Part shown: piece after piece, positions 9,502-17,751 of the stretch
Numbering within the stretch: position 1 is the stretch's first letter
Layout: each line of letters starts with the position of its first letter
Origin: Candidatus Eiseniibacteriota bacterium
GTDB taxonomy: Bacteria; Orphanbacterota; Orphanbacteria; Orphanbacterales; Orphanbacteraceae
Direction: 5' to 3'
Assembly: GCA_043809585.1 (NCBI GenBank)
Contig: JBDROZ010000111.1
Location: forward strand, 50,320-114,319
Length of the DNA stretch: 64,000 nucleotides
Notes under the pieces: model-generated
What the model was told of the DNA's origin: nothing
Seen by the model: the letters and a program-made list of their open reading frames with translations, nothing else
Database searches by the model: none
Program-made: the position numbers and the translations under genes

Positions 9502-11424
9502 ATGTGCGGCATCTGCGGCATCCTCGCGCGCCGGCCGTCGCCGGAGGAGAAGACCTTCCTCCGGGCGATGAACGAGACCCTGCTCCACCGGGGGCCGGAC
9601 GGAGCCGGTCTATTCGCCGATCCGGAGTCGGGCGCCTTCCTCGGCCACACACGCCTGGCCATCATCGACCTCTCCGACGCCGCGGCCCAGCCGATGAGCG
9701 ACGAGACGGGCGGGCTCCGCCTCGTCTGCAACGGGGAGATCTACAACCACCGGGAACTCAGGAGAGAACTCGAGGGAAGAGGCCACCGCTTCCGTTCGGG
9801 GAGCGATTCGGAGGTGATCCTTCATCTCTACGAGGAAGAGGGGCCGGACCTGACGAAGCGGCTCGACGGCATTTTCGCCTTCGCCCTCTGGGACCGCCGG
9901 GAAGGCCGGATGTTCCTCGCCCGGGACCCCCTCGGCGTCAAACCCCTCTACTACCTCGAGAAGAACGGGAGGTTCCTCTTCGGGTCCTCCCCCAAGGCGA
10001 TACTCGCCCATCCCGAGGTGACGGCGGAAGCGTCCGTCGAGGGGATCTGGCACTACCTCACCTTCAATTGCGCCCCGGCGCCGCACACTCTTTTCAAGGG
10101 GATCCGGAAGCTTCCCGCCGGTTCCCGCCTCGTGGCGAACGGGAAGGGAGCGGCTCGTGTGGAGCCGTACTGGGACCTTCCGTCGAAAGCCCCGGATCCC
10201 CCCGACGGAAACGATGTCCGGTCGCTCCGGGAGCTCTTCCGGCGGGCCACGGAGAAGAGGATGATGGCCGACGTTCCGGTCGGAGCGTTTCTCTCGGGGG
10301 GCGTCGACTCGACCATCAACGTGGGGGTCATGGTTCCTCTCTCCGGGCCGCGGCTCCGCACCTTCGCTCTCGGCTACGAACGGGCCGCCGTCAACGAGCT
10401 CCCCTTCGCCCGGCTCGCCGCCGACCGTTTCGGCACGGACCACGAAGAGCTCGTCGTGGGCGAGGGTGATCTCGAGGAGGCCCTCGACCCCTGGATGGAG
10501 CACATGGACGACCCGGTCGGCGCGCCGTCGGTCCTCTCCGGTTTCCTCCTCGCCCGCCGCGCCCGGGAGGCGGCCGTGCCGGTGGTGCAGGTGGGGGAGG
10601 GGGCGGACGAACTCTTCTTCGGCTACGGGCCGAACCGGCGCGCCCTCCGGGTCCACTCCCTCCTCTGGCGCCACTACGAGAGGCTCCCCCTCGTTCTCCG
10701 CCGTGCCGCCTACGCCGCGCTCCGCCGGCCCCTCGCGGGTCTCGGGGATCCGACGCTCGAGCACTCCCTCGACGGAACCTTCCGGGAGTGCCTCCGCCGG
10801 AGCGCCTCCGGGCGGCCGGTCGGGTGGGGATTCGCGAACGTCTTTTCCGACTCGGCGAAGGAGGGCCTCTTCTCGAACCCGGAACACCGCCGCGATTCGT
10901 TCACCCCCCTCGAGCCGTTCTTCGAGAGAATCGCCGCCGAAGGGTGGGACCTCGCCCGCTCCCTCACGTACCTCGACCTCAAGGTGGGCCTGGCCGAGCG
11001 GCTCCTCATGCGGGTGGACAAGACCAACATGGCCTTCGCCGTCGAGGCAAGGGTCCCCTTTCTCGACCGGGCCCTCGCCGAGTTCGCTTTTCATCTCCCC
11101 CTTGGGCGCTTGCTGCCCGGCGGAGGGAAGGCGATCCTCCGGGAGGCCTTCGGGGACCTGCTTCCGCCGGAAATCAGGGAGCGGAAGAAGATGGGGTTCC
11201 CCACGCCGGCGTCCGTCTTCCTCGGGCCCCGTCTCCTCCCTCTCGTGGAGGAGCGCGTTCGCCGGTCGAGCCTGATGGAGCGGGGTCTCCTGGTGAAGGA
11301 ACGGGTGGACGGACTTTTCCTTCGCTTCCGCGCGGGGGCGGAGGCGAACCTCTATCCGATCTGGACCCTCTTCGTTCTCGGCCTCTGGCACGATCGCTGG
11401 ATCGCGGGGAGGAGGGGGTCATGA
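9502..11424 (+). CDS. asnB: Asparagine synthase (glutamine-hydrolysing) family amidotransferase, EPS-locus type
   Basis: N-terminal MCGICGI class-II glutamine amidotransferase nucleophile; SGGVDS PP-loop; 640 aa. Confidence 0.85.
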   Translation: MCGICGILARRPSPEEKTFLRAMNETLLHRGPDGAGLFADPESGAFLGHTRLAIIDLSDAAAQPMSDETGGLRLVCNGEIYNHRELRRELEGRGHRFRSGSDSEVILHLYEEEGPDLTKRLDGIFAFALWDRREGRMFLARDPLGVKPLYYLEKNGRFLFGSSPKAILAHPEVTAEASVEGIWHYLTFNCAPAPHTLFKGIRKLPAGSRLVANGKGAARVEPYWDLPSKAPDPPDGNDVRSLRELFRRATEKRMMADVPVGAFLSGGVDSTINVGVMVPLSGPRLRTFALGYERAAVNELPFARLAADRFGTDHEELVVGEGDLEEALDPWMEHMDDPVGAPSVLSGFLLARRAREAAVPVVQVGEGADELFFGYGPNRRALRVHSLLWRHYERLPLVLRRAAYAALRRPLAGLGDPTLEHSLDGTFRECLRRSASGRPVGWGFANVFSDSAKEGLFSNPEHRRDSFTPLEPFFERIAAEGWDLARSLTYLDLKVGLAERLLMRVDKTNMAFAVEARVPFLDRALAEFAFHLPLGRLLPGGGKAILREAFGDLLPPEIRERKKMGFPTPASVFLGPRLLPLVEERVRRSSLMERGLLVKERVDGLFLRFRAGAEANLYPIWTLFVLGLWHDRWIAGRRGS

Positions 11425-12527
11425 GCGCCGGACATCCCACGGTTCTTCACTTCCTCTCCGGCGACCAGTGGGCGGGGGCCGAGGTCCAGGCGTGCCACCT
11501 CATGGCCGCCCTCGCCGCCCGCGGGCGCTACCGGCCCCGGGCCATCCTCCTCTGCGACGGCCTGCCCGCCCGGCGGCTCCGAGAGTCGGGTATCCCGGTC
11601 GCGGTGATCGACGAGGGGGGCCGTTCCTTTCTCTCCCTCGTCCGGGAGGCCCGGGCCCTCGTCCGGGATTGGTCCCCCTCCCTGGTCCACGGGCACGGCT
11701 ACAAGGAGAACCTCCTCGCCTGGCTCTCCAGCCGGGGCCTTCCGGTGAAGAGAGTCCGCACTCAGCACGGCACGCCCTATCCGGAAGGCTCCTTCCGTCA
11801 TCGCCTTCACTACCGTCTCGACCGGGCGGCGGCCCGGCGCGCCTTCGTCTTCACCATCGCCGTCTCCGAAGGGGTGGCCGCCGAAGTGGGGCGGTTTCTC
11901 CCCGCGGAGAAGATCGTTCTCGTCCGGAACGGAGTCCCCGCGCCCCCCGAAGAAGAGACGGCCCCGGAAGCTTCTCTTCCGCGGGGCGCCCCGGCGGTCG
12001 TCTCCGTGGGACGCCTCTCGGCGGAGAAGCGCTTCGACCGTCTGATCGACGCCGTCGCCCGCCTCACGGACGAGTTTCCGGAACTCCGGCTCGTTCTCGT
12101 CGGCGACGGACCGGAGAGGGCCCCCCTCGAGGACCGGGCCCGAGAACTCCTCGGCGGGCGGGCGACGTTCACGGGTTTTCAGGAATCGATAGGCCCTTGG
12201 ATCCGGAGGGGCACGGTGTACGCCCTCTCCTCCGACCGTGAGGGAATGCCCATGAGCGTTCTCGAAGCGCTTGCCCGGGGGGCCGCCGTCGCGGCGGTTC
12301 CGGTCGGCGGCGTTCCGGAGGTGGTGCGCACGGGGCGGACCGGAGTTCTCGCCGAAGCGGTGAGCGCCCCCGCCCTCGCCGACGCGATCGCGGTTCTGCT
12401 CCGGGATCCGGACCTCCGGGCCCGCGTCGGCGGCGAAGGCCGGGAGCTCGTCCGCCGCGAGTTTTCGATCGACCGGACCGCGGGGGAGACGGAGGCCGTG
12501 TACGCCCTCGCGGAGGGGGCGCGATGA
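11421..12527 (+). CDS. GT4 (GT-B fold) glycosyltransferase
   Basis: ATGA overlap at 11421. C-terminal EX7E-like region SDREGMPMSVLEALARG. Confidence 0.8.
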   Translation: MSAGHPTVLHFLSGDQWAGAEVQACHLMAALAARGRYRPRAILLCDGLPARRLRESGIPVAVIDEGGRSFLSLVREARALVRDWSPSLVHGHGYKENLLAWLSSRGLPVKRVRTQHGTPYPEGSFRHRLHYRLDRAAARRAFVFTIAVSEGVAAEVGRFLPAEKIVLVRNGVPAPPEEETAPEASLPRGAPAVVSVGRLSAEKRFDRLIDAVARLTDEFPELRLVLVGDGPERAPLEDRARELLGGRATFTGFQESIGPWIRRGTVYALSSDREGMPMSVLEALARGAAVAAVPVGGVPEVVRTGRTGVLAEAVSAPALADAIAVLLRDPDLRARVGGEGRELVRREFSIDRTAGETEAVYALAEGAR

Positions 12528-13771
12528 AGATCCTCTGGGTTTCTCACTTCGTGCCGTGGCCGCCGAAGGGGGGGAACCTCCAACGGTCGTACTATCTGAT
12601 GCGCGCCCTCGCCGAGGAGGCCACCGTCGACCTGATCTCTTTTCACCGCCGCGCCTCCCGGGCGGATGGCGATCTCCCCGGCGCCCGGGCGGCGCTCCGC
12701 GAGATCTGCCGGGACGTGGAGATCTTCCCCATCCCGAACGAGGCGTCCCGGCTCCGGTTCGCCGCCGGACTCGCCCGAAACCTGGCGGAGCGGGAGCCGT
12801 ACACGGTGATGGAACTCCGATCCCGCCCCTTCCGGCAGTCCCTCGCCCGGCGGCTCCGGGAAGGGGCGTACGACGCCGTTCATTTCGACACGATCGATCT
12901 CGCTCCCTACCGGCCTCTCGCCGGGGAGGGGCCCGCGGTCCTGAATCATCACAACATCGAGTCCCTCCTCTTTCGCCGCCGCGCCCCCTTCGAAAGGAAC
13001 CCCCTTGCGGGGAGGTACGTCGCGCTCCAGAGCCGCAGGCTCGCGCGGGCCGAGCGCCGCTGGTACCGCGCCTTCGACATGAACCTCTTCGTCTCCGAAG
13101 CGGACCGGGAGGCCGCGAGGGAGGAAGCGGGGCCCTTCGATGCCGAGGTCGTTCCGAACGGCGTCGACACCGAGTACTACCGGCCCGGGACGGAGGGGGA
13201 GGCCGACCGGATCGTTTGGGTCGGCGGGCTCGGTTGGTTCCCGAACCGGGACGCCGTGGCCCATCTCCTCGCCGACATCTGGCCCCGGATCCGCGCCGCC
13301 CGTCCCGAGGCGGAGCTCGACTTGGTCGGCGCGGCCCCCCGCCCCCTTCGCCCGGCGGGGTGGGATGGGCCGGGTGTCAAGGTCCACGGTTTCGTCGACG
13401 ACCTCCGTCCGCTCGTGGCGAGGGCCAAGGTCTTCGTCGTGCCGATCCGCGTGGGGGGGGGGACACGCCTCAAGATTCTCGACGCCATGGCGATGGGAAA
13501 GGCGATCGTCTCGACCACCATCGGCGCCGAGGGCCTCGACGGGAGCGGGGGAGAGGAGTGGATCACGGCCGATGCTCCGGAGGAGTTTGCCCGCGCCGTG
13601 GTCCGCCTTCTCGGCGACGGCGACGCGCGGCGCCGGGTCGGCGCCGCCGCCCGGAAGGGGGCGGAGCGGCGCTACGCCTGGAGAATCGTGGGGGAGAAGT
13701 TCAGGCGTGTATACCGGGATCTTGTCCGCGCGGGCGGGGAGGTCCGGGGGGAGGAAGAGAGAGGTGAGTGA
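12524..13771 (+). CDS. GT4 (GT-B fold) glycosyltransferase, EPS-locus sugar transferase type
   Basis: ATGA overlap at 12524; GT-B C-terminal domain; 415 aa. Confidence 0.75.
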   Translation: MKILWVSHFVPWPPKGGNLQRSYYLMRALAEEATVDLISFHRRASRADGDLPGARAALREICRDVEIFPIPNEASRLRFAAGLARNLAEREPYTVMELRSRPFRQSLARRLREGAYDAVHFDTIDLAPYRPLAGEGPAVLNHHNIESLLFRRRAPFERNPLAGRYVALQSRRLARAERRWYRAFDMNLFVSEADREAAREEAGPFDAEVVPNGVDTEYYRPGTEGEADRIVWVGGLGWFPNRDAVAHLLADIWPRIRAARPEAELDLVGAAPRPLRPAGWDGPGVKVHGFVDDLRPLVARAKVFVVPIRVGGGTRLKILDAMAMGKAIVSTTIGAEGLDGSGGEEWITADAPEEFARAVVRLLGDGDARRRVGAAARKGAERRYAWRIVGEKFRRVYRDLVRAGGEVRGEEERGE

Positions 13772-14861
13772 TCCCGTGCGCGTGACCGTCGTCTCCGGGG
13801 CCCGGCCGAATCTCATGAAAGTGGCCCCCGTGATCCGCGCCCTACGCGGGCGGCCGCGCTACCGCGTCCATCTACTCCACACGGGCCAGCACTATGACGA
13901 CGACATGTCGCTCCGTTTCTTTCGGGACCTGGGACTCGAGAGGCCCGACACGGATCTCGAGGTCGGCTCCCTCTCCCACGCCAGGCAGACCGCCGCGGTC
14001 ATGGAGCGCTTCGACGCTTTTCTCGACCGGGAACCGGCGGACCTCGTCCTCGTGGTGGGGGATGTGAACTCGACCATCGCCTGCGCTCTCACCGCGGTCA
14101 AACGGGGGATCCGGGTCGGCCACGTGGAGGCGGGGCTCCGAAGCTACGACCGGGAGATGCCGGAAGAGATCAACCGGGTTCTGACCGACGCGATCTCCCA
14201 TCTCCTCTTCATCACCGAGAAGAGCGCCGACGAGAACCTCCGCAAAGAGGGGGTCCCGGGGGACCGGATCCACTTCGTCGGCAACGTCATGGTCGACTCC
14301 CTCCTCGCCAACCGGGAGAAGGCGCTCCGGGCGGAGCGGGCGACGTCCCGAGGCGCGGGGGCCTACGGACTCGTCACCCTTCACCGTCCGTCCAACGTGG
14401 ACCGTCCCGAGGACCTCGAGAGGTTGACCTCGATCCTCATACGGGCGGCGGCGGAAATCCCCCTCGTCTTCCCGGTCCATCCGCGCACGAAAGAGCGTCT
14501 CGAACGTTTCGGCCTCCGGGATCGTCTCCACCGGGCGGAGGGGATCGATCTCCTCCCCCCCCAGGGGTACCTCTCCTTCCTTCGCCTCCTTGCGGAGTCG
14601 AAGGTGGTCCTCACCGATTCGGGGGGCATCCAGGAGGAGACCACCGCCCTCGGCATTCCCTGCGCCACGCTCCGTCAAAACACCGAGCGGCCGGTCACGG
14701 TCGAGTCGGGAACGAACACGGTGTGCGGATCCGATCCCGACCTCGTGCTCGGCGTGGTGAAGAACGCGATCGGGGGGAGGGGGAAGGCGGGACGGATCCC
14801 GGAGAAATGGGACGGCCGCGCGGCCGAGCGGATCGCCGACGTTCTCGACCGGGAAATCTAG
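13764..14861 (+). CDS. wecB: UDP-N-acetylglucosamine 2-epimerase (non-hydrolysing)
   Basis: N-terminal VTVVSGARPNLMKVAPV and HTGQHYD motifs, then GDVNSTIA and HVEAGLRS. The start is GTG at about 13764 or 13776. Confidence 0.85.
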   Translation: MSDPVRVTVVSGARPNLMKVAPVIRALRGRPRYRVHLLHTGQHYDDDMSLRFFRDLGLERPDTDLEVGSLSHARQTAAVMERFDAFLDREPADLVLVVGDVNSTIACALTAVKRGIRVGHVEAGLRSYDREMPEEINRVLTDAISHLLFITEKSADENLRKEGVPGDRIHFVGNVMVDSLLANREKALRAERATSRGAGAYGLVTLHRPSNVDRPEDLERLTSILIRAAAEIPLVFPVHPRTKERLERFGLRDRLHRAEGIDLLPPQGYLSFLRLLAESKVVLTDSGGIQEETTALGIPCATLRQNTERPVTVESGTNTVCGSDPDLVLGVVKNAIGGRGKAGRIPEKWDGRAAERIADVLDREI

Positions 14862-15051
14862 CCTTGATCCTCCACAAAATCTCGGCTCAAAACGCTGACG
14901 CTCGCATGATAGCACGCCATCTGCGACAGGGCGCGGCATTCACCAATGCTCACATATCGTTGGATATGCTCTGCTTGGTGAATTCCCCGCGCTGCCGCAT
15001 CTGGCGCACTCTCACGCGTTTGCTCTCGAGATTTTATGGAGAATCAAGGCT
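14860..15051. repeat. Imperfect inverted repeat with about 36-bp arms flanking a roughly 120-bp lower-GC core, between convergent genes; MITE-like element or bidirectional terminator
   Basis: Left arm agccttgatcctccacaaaatctcggctcaaaacgc; the right arm is its near reverse complement, gcgtttgctctcgagattttatggagaatcaaggct. The arms abut the wecB stop and overlap the last codons of the minus-strand GT4 gene. Confidence 0.6.
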
Positions 15052-16279
15052 GGCCGGAGGAGAGCTTCTCCCGGATCAGGTTCTCGATCCGGAGAACGAC
15101 ACGGTTCCAGTCGTGGAGGCGCGCCGTCTCGATCCGCCGTCGCCGGTCCTCTTCGGTTCCCGGTTCGACCGCCTCCCGGAGGGCCGCCACCCAATCGCCG
15201 GTCGTCAGCGCCGTGCGCACGGTCCCGGCGAATCCGGAGAAGCAGGGGAGGGGGACGGACACGACCGGGATGCCCGCCGCCTGGTACTCGTGGAGCTTCA
15301 GGGGATATCGGTGCACGCTCGCGTCGTCCACGCCGTAGGGGAGGATCCCCACGTCGAAGGAGGCGACGTAGGCGGGGAGATCATCCATCTCCTTCGCGCC
15401 GAGGATGTGCACGTTCGGTAGACCGGCCCACTCCTCGAAGAGATCCCGCGTTTCGCGGCTCACGACGAGAACGGGACCGATGAAGACGAATTGGGCGTGA
15501 GGCAGCCGGACCGCCGCCTCCCGGAGGATGTGAAAATCGAGCTTGTCGCAAATGCGGCCCAGGTAGCCGACCCGGGGACCGGGGGGGACCGCCGCGAGAT
15601 CGTCGGGGACGGGAAGATCACTCCCCGCCGCCGCCGAGAAGAGATCGAAATCGACTCCGTTCGGAACGAAGTGAACGGGCCGGCCGGGCCCGGACTTCCG
15701 CTCCGCCAGGGAGGGGGACGACGCGATCGCCACATCCGTCCTCGCGAGCAGGTCCCCCTCCTCCCTCTGCACGCGCTCCCGATTCGCCCCCGCATACCCC
15801 GAATACTCGTCGAGCATATGGTAGAGGACGAGCTTCTCCCCGAGTCCCCCGACATAGGGGGAGCGGAACTTCGGGTGGATGATGTAGAGGATCGGCCTCT
15901 TCCCGCCGAGGGAATCGACGGCGCGGCGAAGCGCCCGGAGACGCATCGATTCGATCGACCTCACGAGGCGCGGCGGCTTGTAGAAGTTGGGGAGCAGGCG
16001 GGAGAAACGGTAAATATAGAGGTGGTCCTCCCTGTGGCGGAGGCCCCGCCGCCCGAGCTCGGGGGCGAACCGGCTTCCGAAGACCTCGGTCCGCTCGAGG
16101 GGGGGGGGCACGTAGATCACACGGTTCCGGTAGGCGAGCCGCCGGAGCACCTGATTCCAGGTCTGGGTTCCCGGCGTCCATTCGGTCCAGCCGAAGCAGA
16201 CGATCGTCTCTCCCCGCATCCGGTCGGCGCGAGGATCCGGCGCCGAAGGAAGACCGTCGTCCCACGACGGGCCGCTCAT
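15044..16279 (-). CDS. GT4 (GT-B fold) glycosyltransferase
   Basis: Start ATG at 16279 overlaps the upstream stop (ATGA on the minus strand). C-terminal KLHEYQAAGIPVVS region; the ORF track's longer N-terminal extension is disregarded. Confidence 0.7.
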   Translation of the reverse strand: MSGPSWDDGLPSAPDPRADRMRGETIVCFGWTEWTPGTQTWNQVLRRLAYRNRVIYVPPPLERTEVFGSRFAPELGRRGLRHREDHLYIYRFSRLLPNFYKPPRLVRSIESMRLRALRRAVDSLGGKRPILYIIHPKFRSPYVGGLGEKLVLYHMLDEYSGYAGANRERVQREEGDLLARTDVAIASSPSLAERKSGPGRPVHFVPNGVDFDLFSAAAGSDLPVPDDLAAVPPGPRVGYLGRICDKLDFHILREAAVRLPHAQFVFIGPVLVVSRETRDLFEEWAGLPNVHILGAKEMDDLPAYVASFDVGILPYGVDDASVHRYPLKLHEYQAAGIPVVSVPLPCFSGFAGTVRTALTTGDWVAALREAVEPGTEEDRRRRIETARLHDWNRVVLRIENLIREKLSSGQP

Positions 16280-17568
16280 CTTCTCGCCTCCTCGAGGAGC
16301 GCCGCGAGCCGCTCGGTGAGCCGCCGGAAATCGAACCGCTCCGACCGCCGCGGGGGAGGAGGGAGAGACCGCCCGGCCGCGCGGCGGAGGAGTTCCTTCA
16401 CGCGCTCCGGTTCCCCCGGCCCCACGATCCAACCGAGACCCTCGCGGCGGACGATGCTCTCCGTGGCGCCGCCGCTCGTGAGGGCGAGGATCGGCCTGCC
16501 GACGGCGATGTACTCGTAGAGCTTCCGCGGAATCTGGAGGTCCGTTCCGGTTTGGATGAGCAGGAGAAGGTCGGAGGAGGCGAGGAGGCGGATCGCCTCG
16601 TCCCTCGGCACCTTCGCCTCGAACGTCACGATCCGGGAGAGCCGGTGTGATTGAAGAAACTCCTTGTAACGCTCTTCACCGGCCGCGCTCCCGATGAAGG
16701 TGAGCCGGACGTCGTCCTCGCCGATCGCCCCCTCCTCGATCAGCTCGGAGAGAGCCCGGAGAATCGGCGTCGGGTCTCTCCGCCCGTAGAGAGAGCCGGC
16801 GTGGAGGATCCGGACCGGGCCTCCGGTGCGAACCGGGGCTTCGGGCACGTCCTCCTCGGGGTCGTACCCGTTGGTGATGGTGACGAACTTCGACCGGTCC
16901 CCTTCGTAACGCCTCTCGAAGTCGCTCCGCAGTTCCTCCGTGTTGGCGATGATCCGGGTCGCCCCGTCCACCACCCGCGCCTCGAGCCACCGGTCGAGGG
17001 GATCGAGGAAGGGCGTGCTCCGAGCGGGGGAGAAGTCGTTGGAGATCCAGGGATCCCGGAAGTCGGCGACAAAGGGGAGGTCCCGGCACCGCGCGGCGAC
17101 GAGAGCGGCGACATGGGCGCTCGCGGGGGGGGATGAGCTGTAGACCACGTCGATGTTCTCCGCCCGGAGCGCCTCCATCGCCGCCGCGCCGATCCAGCCC
17201 ATCTGCCGGTCGGGTACGGCGAAGAAATCGGAGACCCAGTCCCTCCACGTCGCGCATTCCTCGGGCCCCCCGGCGGCCGCGAAGTCGCCGTTCGATCCCC
17301 GCCCTCTCCCCGCGAGACGGTTCCGGATCCGGAGGGCCGCCCGGAGCGGGTCCGCCGCCGCCGCCCGGAGGACGCGAGTCTCCGGGGGAAGGCCGAGGAG
17401 AGGCGCGTCATCGAGGACCCCCCCGTCGCCCGTCGAATCGGGGCGCACGGTGAGAACCACGGGACGCCATCCGAAGCGGGGGAGATACCGGGCGAACTGG
17501 AGGGACCGGTACATGCCGCTCGTCGTCAGCGGAGGAAAGTGGTACGCGATGAGAAGGAGGGTGCGCAT
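16276..17568 (-). CDS. GT4 (GT-B fold) glycosyltransferase
   Basis: Start MRTLLLIAYHFPP at 17568, 430 aa, preceded by an AGGAAG-type RBS. The ORF track merges it into an 1149-aa high-GC run-through. Confidence 0.75.
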   Translation of the reverse strand: MRTLLLIAYHFPPLTTSGMYRSLQFARYLPRFGWRPVVLTVRPDSTGDGGVLDDAPLLGLPPETRVLRAAAADPLRAALRIRNRLAGRGRGSNGDFAAAGGPEECATWRDWVSDFFAVPDRQMGWIGAAAMEALRAENIDVVYSSSPPASAHVAALVAARCRDLPFVADFRDPWISNDFSPARSTPFLDPLDRWLEARVVDGATRIIANTEELRSDFERRYEGDRSKFVTITNGYDPEEDVPEAPVRTGGPVRILHAGSLYGRRDPTPILRALSELIEEGAIGEDDVRLTFIGSAAGEERYKEFLQSHRLSRIVTFEAKVPRDEAIRLLASSDLLLLIQTGTDLQIPRKLYEYIAVGRPILALTSGGATESIVRREGLGWIVGPGEPERVKELLRRAAGRSLPPPPRRSERFDFRRLTERLAALLEEARR

Positions 17569-17751
17569 GGTCTTCCTGTTGGGAGATGATCTTCCCCGGG
17601 CGGGCCCTCTCCGGGCGACTGCCGTCCGTCCTTTCCTTCTGTAACTTATCCCCAATCCGAATCGACCGGAACAGGAAAATACCGGGGCCGGGCTTCTCGC
17701 CGCCGCCCGTCTCCTGTACACTCCGAAGGTTCGGGATTCCGGGGAGGGACC

